Origin: Candidatus Woesearchaeota archaeon
Lineage (GTDB): Archaea; Nanobdellota; Nanobdellia; Pacearchaeales; GW2011-AR1
DNA: 63,218 nt
Assembly: GCA_964601175.1 (NCBI GenBank)
Contig: CAZRMJ010000004.1
Location: 1-63,218, forward strand
Direction: 5' to 3'
The position numbers were made by a program, and so were the translations under genes. Positions 27,251 to 36,920 of the stretch are shown here, piece after piece. Under the pieces are notes generated by a model that ran no database searches, was not told the DNA's origin, and saw only the letters and a program-made list of their open reading frames with translations. Numbering within the stretch: the first letter of the stretch is position 1; the number at the start of each line of letters is the position of its first letter.

Positions 27251-28951
27251 TTAGCTATTTTTGATAATTTTACGAAGACTTTTTGCAGATTCCCTCTTTA
27301 TATCGTCAATAGTTGCAATATCATGAATTCCCCTTTCAGGCCTATAATGAGTTATCCTAGGAAATCTCAAAGCAAAACCTGATGAATAAGTAGGACTATG
27401 TTGAATATTTTGATAACTTACTGAAACAACAACGCTAGGCTTAACAAAAACCACACTACCTTCTTCTTTAATTATCAAAGGCTGTAAAAGCGAGTCTATC
27501 TCGGAATAAGTTGTTCCTGCACCCTCTTTTTCTTTCAACCCAGAAGATACCTTACCAACTTCTAAAAATTTATCTCCTTTTTTACATGCAACAATAAAAC
27601 TAGTCAAACCTCCAGCCCTTTTTCCAGTACCATATTCTCCTCCGACAATTACTAAATCCAAATCTGCAACATCTGGTTTTAATTTAACAATATTTCCTAT
27701 ATACCTTCCAGACACGTAATTAGAGTTCAAATTTTTTACCATTACGCCTTCTTCTCCAATTTTCAATGCACTTTTGTAAAATTTATCTGCGTCTTTATCT
27801 TCAGAGGTTATTATTTGAGTAGAACAAGAAATTTTCCAAGGAACAGATTTAATTATTTTCTCAATCAATTTTCTCCTTTCAAAAAATGGAAGCTCCAATT
27901 TGTTTTCACCATTCAAATAAAGTATATCAAAAACTTTTAATTCAACAGGCATTTTTGAAGCAAGTTCTTCAATATTATATTTTCTTTTTATTCTCTGACT
28001 TATTGCTTCAAAAGGAAGATATTTCTCGGTTTTAGAATCAAAACCTACAGCTTCAGAATCCAAAATAAAACTTTTAGCCCCAACATGGTTCAAAACATTG
28101 CTTACTATATCTGGAAATTGTAATGTTACGTCTTCAAGCCTCCTAGTAAATAAATTGATTTTTTTTCCATCATAACTTACAATTAATCTAAAGCCATCAT
28201 ACTTGTGCTCGAATGCAGCAGGCCTTCCACAAACTTCAAAAGCTTCTTGAATGCTTTTAACTTTAGTAGGGAGCATAACATTCAAAGCTCTTCCTGGAAT
28301 CAAAGAGATATGTTCAAAATATTTCCTTCCAGAAAATGCAAATTTCAAAACTTGAGAAAAATCAGTTACTAGATCATAAGACCTTTGAACTTTATCTATC
28401 ATATCTGGTTCGTTAGAAAAAAAAGCTTTAACAATAGAATCTAATAAAACCGCATCTGCAACACCAAGCCTTAAGTCCCCAAGTAATGTTCTAACAATGT
28501 AACAACTTTCTCTTCCATGAGATTCTATAAGCAATTCAGATACAATTGAAACCTTAGAATCAACGCTCCCATCTCCTGAAATAGAGGTTATTTTCCTTAA
28601 GCTATCAATTACATGATTAACTGTAAGCTTCTTAGAAAATAAAGAATGTTGCTTTTTCTTCTTAAGTAGATCAAAAGCTACATCTCCCAAATCTCCTATT
28701 TCCTTAAACTTAGACACTACGTCAGATAAACTAAACCCCGAAGCAACACCTATAGCTTTAATGACTAATTGAGTAGAAATTCCCAACTCTCTCGAATCAT
28801 AATCTGGAAAAACCCTTCCCCTTAGCAAGTAAATAAAATCCTCATTGCCTTTTAATTTTGGCAAAAAATCTGAAATAAAAGAAACTTTCTCAAGTTTCTT
28901 TGTAGTAGAAGCAAGTTTCTCGTAAAGTTCTACAATTTCTGAGTAAAGCAT
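27251..28951 (-). CDS. lig: ATP-dependent DNA ligase
   Basis: 566 aa; adenylation motif EHKYDGFR, DSEAV, EGVMVK, LDLVIVGGEYGTGKRAG. Confidence 0.9.
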   Translation of the reverse strand: MLYSEIVELYEKLASTTKKLEKVSFISDFLPKLKGNEDFIYLLRGRVFPDYDSRELGISTQLVIKAIGVASGFSLSDVVSKFKEIGDLGDVAFDLLKKKKQHSLFSKKLTVNHVIDSLRKITSISGDGSVDSKVSIVSELLIESHGRESCYIVRTLLGDLRLGVADAVLLDSIVKAFFSNEPDMIDKVQRSYDLVTDFSQVLKFAFSGRKYFEHISLIPGRALNVMLPTKVKSIQEAFEVCGRPAAFEHKYDGFRLIVSYDGKKINLFTRRLEDVTLQFPDIVSNVLNHVGAKSFILDSEAVGFDSKTEKYLPFEAISQRIKRKYNIEELASKMPVELKVFDILYLNGENKLELPFFERRKLIEKIIKSVPWKISCSTQIITSEDKDADKFYKSALKIGEEGVMVKNLNSNYVSGRYIGNIVKLKPDVADLDLVIVGGEYGTGKRAGGLTSFIVACKKGDKFLEVGKVSSGLKEKEGAGTTYSEIDSLLQPLIIKEEGSVVFVKPSVVVSVSYQNIQHSPTYSSGFALRFPRITHYRPERGIHDIATIDDIKRESAKSLRKIIKNS

Positions 28952-28985
28952 AAAATCCAGAAGAAGAAAGACTATTTCAATCTAA

Positions 28986-29723
28986 TCACAACCAACCTCT
29001 TTTTCTAATACCTCCGTCATATATTTGGAAAACTAAAGATTTATCTCCTATAGATCTATGTTTCCTAAGATAAGCAATCCTTTTACCATTTTCATTACTC
29101 AATTCAATTAAACATTTACTCCAATATTTGATAATATCTCCTGCAACCATTCTTTGTTCATTATTCCAATTATATACTTGATTTGTTACTAAAACAGGGA
29201 TATCTTTTTTTCTAGCAATTTCCACTAATAATCTCATTTGTTTAGTTAAAATAGTATTAACAGATTGCATGCTCTCTATATTATTTTCATCACTATTGGA
29301 TTTATCCATCCTAGCATCTGCAAAATCAAGTCTATAAAGCATAGTCATTCCATCAACTATTATCATTGAAATTTGTTCCTTTGTATATTTCAAAAGTTGA
29401 TCAAAAACTTGTTGTTGTTCTTTAAAATTGGTGGGCTTCAGTATAAGAAGATTTGATAAAACTTGATCCAAGTTTAAATTCTCGTTAGAACCATTTGTAG
29501 ATCTAGAGGTAAAAAGTTGTTTAACCCTCTCAGAAGAAAAACCACCTTCAGTATCTATAAAAATAACCTTATTTCCCTTTTTAGCTTGAGAAACTGCAAC
29601 AGACATACAAAAGTTTGTTTTTCCACTACCTGGACCTCCATAAAGAGTAGTTACTATTCCAGGATCATATCCTCCCTTAAGCCAGACATTGAGGTCATAG
29701 CTACCTGCAGAAACCTTGCTCAT
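28986..29723 (-). CDS. radB: RadB/RecA-superfamily ATPase
   Basis: 245 aa; Walker A GGPGSGKTNFC, IFIDTEG, Walker B MIIVDG. Confidence 0.75.
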   Translation of the reverse strand: MSKVSAGSYDLNVWLKGGYDPGIVTTLYGGPGSGKTNFCMSVAVSQAKKGNKVIFIDTEGGFSSERVKQLFTSRSTNGSNENLNLDQVLSNLLILKPTNFKEQQQVFDQLLKYTKEQISMIIVDGMTMLYRLDFADARMDKSNSDENNIESMQSVNTILTKQMRLLVEIARKKDIPVLVTNQVYNWNNEQRMVAGDIIKYWSKCLIELSNENGKRIAYLRKHRSIGDKSLVFQIYDGGIRKRGWL

Positions 29724-29773
29724 AAAAAATAAAAGAATAATGCCTATAAAAAAATAATTACAAAAAAGTCTAA

Positions 29774-29992
29774 TTATCTTCTTCTCTTCTTAGAAGAATG
29801 ATTCATATGACTCATGTGTCTCATTGGCATCCTCTCATCACAAGCCTTACAACTTTTACACATTAAAGCATGTAATAAAAGCAGAATTCCTGCAACAATG
29901 ATTATCCATTGAGAAGAAGCGCTAGCCACGTAAGCAAAAACTATTATTACTATGGCAAGAATAGCTTCAGTCCAAGTACAATTGCATTTCAT
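29774..29992 (-). CDS. Small membrane protein, Cys-rich with Met/His-rich C-tail (paralog of 30049-30231)
   Basis: 72 aa; shares SQWII and a CKxC motif with its neighbour. The tail is MPMRHMSHMNH, and there is a strong SD (GGAGGTCGAT-ATG). Confidence 0.5.
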   Translation of the reverse strand: MKCNCTWTEAILAIVIIVFAYVASASSQWIIIVAGILLLLHALMCKSCKACDERMPMRHMSHMNHSSKKRRR

Positions 29993-30048
29993 ATCGACCT
30001 CCTAAATTAAATAACAAAAACAGTATATAAAAATAACGTAAAGGAAGC

Positions 30049-30231
30049 TTACTTCCTTCTTCCAGTTTTAGAGGACATATTCCCGTGAGCAAAACACTTT
30101 TTGCACGTAAAAGAATGTATTATCATTATGATTGCTGAGATGACTATTATCCATTGAGAATAAGCAGTCTGCCAAAGAGCAAAAACCAAAACGATAATTC
30201 CTAAAATAGATTCACACCAACTCTTACTCAT
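30049..30231 (-). CDS. Small membrane protein (paralog of 29774-29992)
   Basis: 60 aa; W-C-E-S-I-L..ALWQTAYSQWIIV..FTCKKCF, with SD GGAGGTAAA-ATG. Confidence 0.5.
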   Translation of the reverse strand: MSKSWCESILGIIVLVFALWQTAYSQWIIVISAIIMIIHSFTCKKCFAHGNMSSKTGRRK

Positions 30232-30276
30232 TTTACCTCCTTACAATATAAAAGAAAAAATGATTAATAAATCTGC

Positions 30277-30540
30277 CTACTTACTAACAACCTTTAAAAG
30301 TGAATTCAAATCCTTATTTATTGCAGAAATTGCATCAGCAATTGCTTTCTTTACAGTCTTTCCATTTGATTCTATCCTAAATATAACTGGCTTAGTCAAA
30401 TGATCTCTTCTCCATGCAGCAAATTTAATGCCCTCTTCGTTCAAGTAAACCCTTAGAATTTCTGCCACTGTTAAATTATCAATTCTAAGTTCAAGTTCAT
30501 CATTCTTCTGAGAGATAACTTCAATTTCCATATCAATCAT
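30277..30540 (-). CDS. rpoL: DNA-directed RNA polymerase subunit L (Rpo11)
   Basis: 87 aa; ELELRIDN.TVAEILRVYLNEEGIKFAAWRRDHLTKPVIFRIESNG follows the Rpo11/RpoL pattern. Confidence 0.65.
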   Translation of the reverse strand: MIDMEIEVISQKNDELELRIDNLTVAEILRVYLNEEGIKFAAWRRDHLTKPVIFRIESNGKTVKKAIADAISAINKDLNSLLKVVSK

Positions 30541-30576
30541 CAGAAATAGTGGTTTTTAAAGCCTTCTGTCCATAAA

Positions 30577-31170
30577 TCACTCTAAAATCTCAACATCACT
30601 TCCAGAGAATTTTGAAGAATCATTAAAGATATTAGAAGCAGATTCTTTCTTCTTTTCTTCATTACGCTTCTGCAAATCAGACAAACTAACCTGTGCAATA
30701 GAAGCTGGATGCTTTCTTAAATTAATCCCGAAAACTTGCTCAATTCTAGATATCAAAACAAAATCATCGGCAGGAAGTTCTCCCAATTCGATCATTTTAA
30801 CATCATCTTCTTTTGCATTTATCAACTGAGAAAGTTTTAATCGAGACATATTCTTCATTTTCCTATTCTTAGAAATCTCCCAATTAAAATTAGGGATTAA
30901 GTCATTCATTACATTATTTTTCTTTCCTCCAAACTTTCCATGCTTCCAATCATACATTATAGAACTATTTCGAATAGGTTCTTTATCCTTAGAGCTTCTC
31001 AAGGGACTCTGCATAGAAGGAGCACTACTTACGGGAGCAACATTAGAAATTTTCCTAAGAACAAACAAATCTTCTACTATGGCAACACTTTCAGGAACAC
31101 GAACAATCTCCCCATCTTTTATAGCTTCAACATAACCAGTCTCATCCTGCCTCAGATCTAAATAATCCAT
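30577..31170 (-). CDS. XRE-type helix-turn-helix domain protein
   Basis: I place the start at ATG 31170 (MDYLDL..). The track's 31293 start gives a hydrophobic extension that overlaps the upstream gene. The HTH is MSRLKLSQLINAKEDDVKMIELGE. Confidence 0.5.
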   Translation of the reverse strand: MDYLDLRQDETGYVEAIKDGEIVRVPESVAIVEDLFVLRKISNVAPVSSAPSMQSPLRSSKDKEPIRNSSIMYDWKHGKFGGKKNNVMNDLIPNFNWEISKNRKMKNMSRLKLSQLINAKEDDVKMIELGELPADDFVLISRIEQVFGINLRKHPASIAQVSLSDLQKRNEEKKKESASNIFNDSSKFSGSDVEILE

Positions 31171-31201
31171 AATAAAAAGTAAAAAAGCGTCTTTAAATGG
31201 T

Positions 31202-31870
31202 TTATGGCGAAGAAATAGTAGTTTTATTAAACACCAAGTTTTCCAAATCTTCAAAAGGAAGATTATCTGTAATGATTGTAGACCCATCAACAACTATTGC
31301 AGGATACTTTTCTATGGTCGCAGATTTCAAAAGAAGATCAACTGAAGAAAGATCTGTATCTATCGCAATAGGAATTAATATTATTTCTTCAGGATATTTA
31401 TTCTTCAAATCAGATACTTGCCTAGAGAAATAATTTTGTAATGCATTCAGTTCAATGTCTTCAGATTTATAATAATACAAATAGTTAACAACTTTAAAAT
31501 TATCATGACATCTTTGCTTTAAGTTATTTGCTTCAACAAGAAGCAATGTTCTAAGAAGATCGTATCTTCTGTGAAGATCAGTCAAATCCCCCAATCTTCC
31601 AGTCCCATCTACGCCTTCTAAGCTCAAAGCATCATAATAAATTTTATCTGCAAAACTAAAAAGACTATCTTTGGAGACAGAACAAGATAAATTAGAATCG
31701 GAAATAAGTTTCTGTCTAAGCTGATCATCGAGTATGTTTAGTTCAGACTGTATCAATTTAGAGTAAATCTTATCAGTTTGAACAGTTTCAATAAAAAATC
31801 CAAGAATAAGGCCTAATGAAAATACAATTACTGCAAACACAAGAGCCTGCCAAAAAGCATGTTTAGTCAT
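31202..31870 (-). CDS. Membrane-anchored hypothetical protein
   Basis: 222 aa with an N-terminal TM (FWQALVFAVIVFSLGLILGFFI); it sits 3 nt downstream of the GT2 gene. Confidence 0.4.
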   Translation of the reverse strand: MTKHAFWQALVFAVIVFSLGLILGFFIETVQTDKIYSKLIQSELNILDDQLRQKLISDSNLSCSVSKDSLFSFADKIYYDALSLEGVDGTGRLGDLTDLHRRYDLLRTLLLVEANNLKQRCHDNFKVVNYLYYYKSEDIELNALQNYFSRQVSDLKNKYPEEIILIPIAIDTDLSSVDLLLKSATIEKYPAIVVDGSTIITDNLPFEDLENLVFNKTTISSP

Positions 31871-31873
31871 ATT

Positions 31874-33118
31874 TTATCTTCCCCATGAGTATTTCCCGAC
31901 AATTTTTTTATATAATGAAGTAATCATTATAGCCGGATATATTGATAGGTACACTATCAAGTAAAATAGTATATTAAAAGTATTTGTTTCTTTCTTTGAC
32001 CTCATATCCATTATATTAAGTCCGATTAAAACAAAAATAAATCCCCAAGTAAACATTACGATTCCAAAGAAATTAAGAACTGTAGGGTGAAGGCTTATAT
32101 CTTGAAGTCTGATTAAAGTAGTCCCACCATATAAAGAATATTCAGTTACCAAAAAGTTAACCAAAACTCTCTTAACCATTAAATAAATAAAAAGACCCAA
32201 TCCAAACAAACCCAAAAAAAGAGATACGCTAAAAAAAGGAATTATGAAAGCACCCAACATTCCATTTCTAAAAATAAAAGATCTATACTTAATGAGGCAC
32301 TGCAAACCGCCAAGATTCCAACGAACACGTTGCGTCCACCATTTTTTGAATTTATCGGGAGTTTCAGAATAAACTCTAGCCCCTAAACACATTCTAGCAG
32401 AATAACCTTTAGATTTTAATCTCCAAACTATCTCTATATCTTGAGTAAGGTTATTTACATCAAATAAACCAACTTTCAAAAGCGCAGATTTTTTATATAA
32501 GGCAAATGGCCCAGGAGTAACATAAACAGCGTCGATAAAATCCAAAAGTTTTCTATTCCATGCGATTATAGAATATTCTATCATTTGAAGCTTTTGCATA
32601 AAGGTCCTAGACCCTCTTGCCATAACTGCACAAGTAACTGCAGCAACCTTGTTATCATTTTGTAAAAAACCAATCATTTTTATCAAAGCATCTGGTTCAG
32701 GAGCAGAATCATCATCCGTAACACAAATATAATCATACTTAGCAGCTTTGACACCTATGTTTGTAGGTTCAGCAGCTCCTCCGGAGTTTCTAGAATTAAC
32801 TATAAGCCTTATTTTACCAGGATAACGATCAACATATTTTTGAACTACTTTAACAGAATTATCTCTAGATTTATCATCAACGACAATTATTTCAATCATA
32901 TCATTAGGGTATTTTAAAGCAAGAACAGAATCTATAGCACCAGCAATACTATTTTCAGCATTATAACAAGGAATAATTACACTAACTGGCTGAGGTTTAC
33001 CTCTTGGATGATCAAACAATTTTTTTCTATTTGGAATCCAAAGAAAAATAAGCAAGCTAGTCATATAAAGTGAAATAAAAAGATAGACGTAAAATACAGT
33101 TTCTACAAAATCAAGCAT
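31874..33118 (-). CDS. Processive family-2 glycosyltransferase (membrane-embedded, D,D,D,QxxRW type)
   Basis: 414 aa; VSVIIPCYNAE, VTDDDS, TQDIE, QRVRWNLG, plus N- and C-terminal TM helices. Confidence 0.8.
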   Translation of the reverse strand: MLDFVETVFYVYLFISLYMTSLLIFLWIPNRKKLFDHPRGKPQPVSVIIPCYNAENSIAGAIDSVLALKYPNDMIEIIVVDDKSRDNSVKVVQKYVDRYPGKIRLIVNSRNSGGAAEPTNIGVKAAKYDYICVTDDDSAPEPDALIKMIGFLQNDNKVAAVTCAVMARGSRTFMQKLQMIEYSIIAWNRKLLDFIDAVYVTPGPFALYKKSALLKVGLFDVNNLTQDIEIVWRLKSKGYSARMCLGARVYSETPDKFKKWWTQRVRWNLGGLQCLIKYRSFIFRNGMLGAFIIPFFSVSLFLGLFGLGLFIYLMVKRVLVNFLVTEYSLYGGTTLIRLQDISLHPTVLNFFGIVMFTWGFIFVLIGLNIMDMRSKKETNTFNILFYLIVYLSIYPAIMITSLYKKIVGKYSWGR

Positions 33119-33677
33119 TTTCTTGTTCTTCGGATTTAGATTCTTTATCTTGATTCAACAATTTATCTTTTTCTACATTCGAGACATTAAAATAATTATA
33201 AAAACTTTCACTCAAATTTATCTCTGCAGTATGTCCAACTTTCTTTTTATTTATCAAACCCATTTCAACAAATTTGAGAACATGATCATATGCCTTGTTC
33301 CCTCTTATTTTTATTAAAACGCTTTGTTTGATAGGCTGTTTATATGCAATTATCGCAAGGGTTTCTTGTTCAGCCTTAGTAAATTCAGAATTCCCCGTAG
33401 CTAATCTATTAACCATATAAGTAAAGTCGGGATGAACATCCATTTTCCATAAATCTTCTCTTCTTACAACTTCGATACCCTTCCCCTGATATTTTTCTTC
33501 CAATGTCCGTAAAATGTCTCTTAAAAGCAAAGGGTTCACATCTGTTAAAGCAACAAGCTCTTTCAAACTCATAAATTTTCCAGAAACAAAAAGTGCTGCC
33601 TCTACCTTTCGGATATTATCTGCTTCCCTTGCTTCATCGAGTTCGTGAATTGATTCTTTAGCAATTATTCCTTCCAT
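33111..33677 (-). CDS. scpB: Segregation and condensation protein B
   Basis: 188 aa; VEAALFVSGKFMSLKELVALT..ETLAIIAYKQPI..IRG is the ScpB winged-helix pattern. Confidence 0.75.
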   Translation of the reverse strand: MEGIIAKESIHELDEAREADNIRKVEAALFVSGKFMSLKELVALTDVNPLLLRDILRTLEEKYQGKGIEVVRREDLWKMDVHPDFTYMVNRLATGNSEFTKAEQETLAIIAYKQPIKQSVLIKIRGNKAYDHVLKFVEMGLINKKKVGHTAEINLSESFYNYFNVSNVEKDKLLNQDKESKSEEQENA

Positions 33678-33710
33678 AAAGATCTAATCCTAACGCAATT
33701 TAAAAAGATT

Positions 33711-34307
33711 TCATCCGACAAAAACTATCAAAAAACTCTCTATAATTGCAGCTAAAATAAGTAAAGGGACGACTATGGCCAGAAAAGCTTTTAACGAATT
33801 ACTAAATCTATGCTTAAAGTTCTTAATCTTATCTCGACTAAAAAAGGAAGTTCCCAGATGAATTCCTAATCCCAATGCGATGAAAACTGCAGGCAACTCA
33901 AAAATTCCATGGGGTAAAAGTCTCCATATTACTGCATATCCTGCTATTGGAACTGCCTTGGAATAAACATACCCTAAAATGGTGCCATTAAAGAAAGAAT
34001 TAAACAAAGGAAATATTCCAAAAAATATTCCTCCAATAAAAGAGGTAACTGCGCTAGTGACATTATTACTAAATATAAACCAAACCATCTGAAGAAAATC
34101 GAGACCCTTAGTATTTTCTGCTATTTCATTAAGAAACTTATCTAATACTCCAAGATCTGAAGAATAAAAAAATCCAAAAAATGAGCTAATAAGAAAAACA
34201 AAAAATACCAAATAAATATTATATCTCTGCGCGTAAACATATCTAAAAGATTCCTCGAAGAGATCTAGAATTTCTCTCTTCCAAACATGTTTTTTATTTT
34301 TATTCAT
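33711..34307 (-). CDS. SpoIIM/DUF95-like membrane protein
   Basis: 198 aa; N..T....F.GG...G and LPHGIFELPAVFIALGLG motifs. Confidence 0.6.
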   Translation of the reverse strand: MNKNKKHVWKREILDLFEESFRYVYAQRYNIYLVFFVFLISSFFGFFYSSDLGVLDKFLNEIAENTKGLDFLQMVWFIFSNNVTSAVTSFIGGIFFGIFPLFNSFFNGTILGYVYSKAVPIAGYAVIWRLLPHGIFELPAVFIALGLGIHLGTSFFSRDKIKNFKHRFSNSLKAFLAIVVPLLILAAIIESFLIVFVG

Positions 34308-35161
34308 CTTATCATTTTATTGAGAAGTTTAACTTTCCTTGAATATTTATTCCTCAAATAAGCCCCATAAATTAAGCCAACTAAAAGACCCCCTAAGTGA
34401 GCCATATTTCCAATAGGTAACTTAACAAAGAAGCCTATAATCAACAAAGGAACAATTGCAACAATAGGGGCAATCCAAAATGAAAGACCCAGAGGAATAG
34501 CTATATTCCTTAATCTAGGGCTCGGAGAAAACATTGAGAATATCATCAAAAATATAATTATTCCAGAAACCAAATCTATTGCATTATATACGAGAGAAGA
34601 CATTCCAGGAATAGATGACAAAAGAACTTGTAAAATTATAACTATGAGTGGTCCTATAATTAAGTAAACTTTCTTTTTAGGCAAAAGCATAGCTAAAACC
34701 CCTAAAAGCCCAAATATTGCTCCTGAAGCTCCAACTGCAGAATCTTCAAGACTTCCAAAAATAAAATCTCCTCTAGTAAAAAAAGTTCCGAAATAAGAAA
34801 ACAAAACAAAAAATAAACTTCCTACAATACCTGCAACTAAATAAAACCAAATAAATCTTTTCCTCCCGAGTATCTGTTCAGTCAGGCTACCTAAAAAGAA
34901 CAAAGAAAGCATATTGACAAATAAGTGTAAGAAACTACCGTGCATGAAAATACTAGTAAAGATAGTCCAAAGATATTTTCCAGATAGAATAAAAGAAGAT
35001 TTTACTGCAACAAAGTCTAAAATTTTAGGATAAAAAGAAGAAACAATCAAAAATAAAAAAAACAGAATAACATTTACGATAATCAACGTATTAGTAAAAC
35101 TTAATCTACGTTTAGCAACAGCACGCGCGCCATTACGGCGAAAATCTCTTCTATAAACCAT
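34304..35161 (-). CDS. Rhomboid-family intramembrane serine protease
   Basis: 285 aa; HGSFLHLFVNM, catalytic GASGAIFGL, AHLGGL. Confidence 0.8.
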   Translation of the reverse strand: MVYRRDFRRNGARAVAKRRLSFTNTLIIVNVILFFLFLIVSSFYPKILDFVAVKSSFILSGKYLWTIFTSIFMHGSFLHLFVNMLSLFFLGSLTEQILGRKRFIWFYLVAGIVGSLFFVLFSYFGTFFTRGDFIFGSLEDSAVGASGAIFGLLGVLAMLLPKKKVYLIIGPLIVIILQVLLSSIPGMSSLVYNAIDLVSGIIIFLMIFSMFSPSPRLRNIAIPLGLSFWIAPIVAIVPLLIIGFFVKLPIGNMAHLGGLLVGLIYGAYLRNKYSRKVKLLNKMIR

Positions 35162-35164
35162 TAT

Positions 35165-35845
35165 TTATCTCTTCTTCCCCTTCTTTAACTTAGTACTTGA
35201 CTTCTTAGATTTTACTGCTGGTTTTTTAGGCTTTGATTTAGCAGGTTTCTTAACACTAGATTTAGCAAGTTTCTTAGCAGATTTTTTCAAAGATCTAGCA
35301 GAACTCTTAGCCAATTTTTCATTAAGTTGATCTAAAACTTCTTGTATTTGAGAAGCCTTTAATTTTAACCTCTGTATCACTTTTTCAATTTCTTTAACAC
35401 TTTCAGCAGAATCCTTCAAGGAATAAACTTCCCCGCATTCAACACAAGTAAACTGATTAATAAGTGCTTGTTCATCAGAAACTTCAATCCCACAATTTTT
35501 ACACACATAAAATTGCTTAGTCTTTTGAACTTGTAAAGAATTTTCTAAATTCTCTATTTCTTTAGTAACAGATGCCTTATAGTTAACAAGACATTTATGT
35601 TCATCTAAGGTCCAAAAATAAGTATACCATCCCCCACTCTTCAAATCTTTCTTACGCATAAAATAAACAAGACCAGCGTCGACTAACTTGTACAATATGT
35701 TTCTAGCTTGATTAATAGTCATGTTTAGCTTCTTAGCAATAAGAAATTCATTAACATTTTTCTTATTAAATAGAACCGATAAAATCTTATCCGCGCCAGA
35801 ACCAGCAATAGTAGAAATATATTCACTTAAAAACTTCTCAATCAT
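35165..35845 (-). CDS. tfe: Transcription factor E (TFIIE-alpha homologue) with Lys-rich tail
   Basis: 226 aa; winged helix (INQARNILYKLVDAGLVYFMRKKDLKSGGWYTYFW), Zn ribbon CKNCG..CVECG, and a KKxAK-rich C-terminus. Confidence 0.7.
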   Translation of the reverse strand: MIEKFLSEYISTIAGSGADKILSVLFNKKNVNEFLIAKKLNMTINQARNILYKLVDAGLVYFMRKKDLKSGGWYTYFWTLDEHKCLVNYKASVTKEIENLENSLQVQKTKQFYVCKNCGIEVSDEQALINQFTCVECGEVYSLKDSAESVKEIEKVIQRLKLKASQIQEVLDQLNEKLAKSSARSLKKSAKKLAKSSVKKPAKSKPKKPAVKSKKSSTKLKKGKKR

Positions 35846-35948
35846 GGAGAGCCTGAATAATTAAACAATAAAAACCTTTCTAAGAAAAGTGTAACTCCTT
35901 TATAATTAAGATAAACCTATATAAATAAAGTTCAAAATATACTTAAAA

Positions 35949-36539
35949 ATGTTTGGAACAAAAAAGAAAAACAACGAAGGCCAATTGCCAGACTTACCAA
36001 ATTCAGGGGCACCATCAATGAGAGACTATCAAAGAACTATGCTTCCACCAATAGGAAATGAAAACCCTGAAGAGATACATGGATTGCCATCATTTCCAGA
36101 TTCTTTAATGAATAAAGGATTTAGTCAAAGCATGATAAAAAGTGCTGTAGAAGACGAAGACAAAAATCTCCCTGAGCTACCTGAATGGAATAATGGGGGA
36201 GAAAAATCTTCTATGCAAAGAACAACAGAACTAAATGAATGGTCTCCAAAAAAAGTTATGTCTCAAGAGATGCCCGTTCAAAGAGAACCAATAAAATCCA
36301 ACAATAATCAAATAGACTACAAAAGACCAATATTTGTTAAATTAGACAAGTTCAAAGAAGCAAGAGAGTCGCTTATCAAGATATCTGAAAAATTAGAACA
36401 AATGGATGAATTACTAAAAACTGTAAGGGACTTAAAGGCGAAAGAAGATGAAGAAATAAGTGGATGGGAAAAAGATGTTGAAAGCATAAAATCAAGAATC
36501 CTCTTCATTAACAAAGAGATATTTGAAAATGCATACTGA
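35949..36539 (+). CDS. Hypothetical protein (Pro-rich N-terminal half, coiled-coil C-terminal half)
   Basis: 196-aa ORF divergent from tfe, containing KRPIFVKLDKFKEARESL..; no family recognised. Confidence 0.4.
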   Translation: MFGTKKKNNEGQLPDLPNSGAPSMRDYQRTMLPPIGNENPEEIHGLPSFPDSLMNKGFSQSMIKSAVEDEDKNLPELPEWNNGGEKSSMQRTTELNEWSPKKVMSQEMPVQREPIKSNNNQIDYKRPIFVKLDKFKEARESLIKISEKLEQMDELLKTVRDLKAKEDEEISGWEKDVESIKSRILFINKEIFENAY

Positions 36540-36876
36540 AGAGCAATTTGTAGGCTTAGAAAGGCCCCATGTTAGTGCAGGAAAAAAGCAATTACTCTAT
36601 TCTGAAATGGAAATACTAACTTCCTTGAAAAAATACAACAATTATATGAAATTCAGAAAAGAAAGTTTAGCATTAAAAAATCTATTAAAAAAAGTAATTA
36701 ATGAACTTAACAAAGAAATGGAGATCCTCCTTGAATATATCCCTAAAGTAAAAGTAGAAGAACTAAAACCTAAAGAAGTAAAGGAAAAACCAAAACCAAT
36801 ACCTCTTGTAAAAAGAGATGCGTTAGAAGAAGAAATCCAAAAAATAAGATCTAAGATCGCAATGTTGGGCAATTAA
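36523..36876 (+). CDS. Hypothetical coiled-coil protein
   Basis: 117 aa; overlaps the previous ORF by 17 nt and is K/E-rich. Confidence 0.35.
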   Translation: MKMHTEEQFVGLERPHVSAGKKQLLYSEMEILTSLKKYNNYMKFRKESLALKNLLKKVINELNKEMEILLEYIPKVKVEELKPKEVKEKPKPIPLVKRDALEEEIQKIRSKIAMLGN

Positions 36877-36920
36877 AACCAAGTAAATAATTTTAAAAAC
36901 AAAACTCTCCGGCAATATAC

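Noticed and set aside
30577-31293. The 238-aa version of the HTH protein starting at 31293
   Set aside because: The first 41 residues are a hydrophobic, low-complexity extension that overlaps the 3' end of the upstream gene (31202-31870) by 92 nt. ATG at 31170 gives a compact gene with a 31-nt gap.
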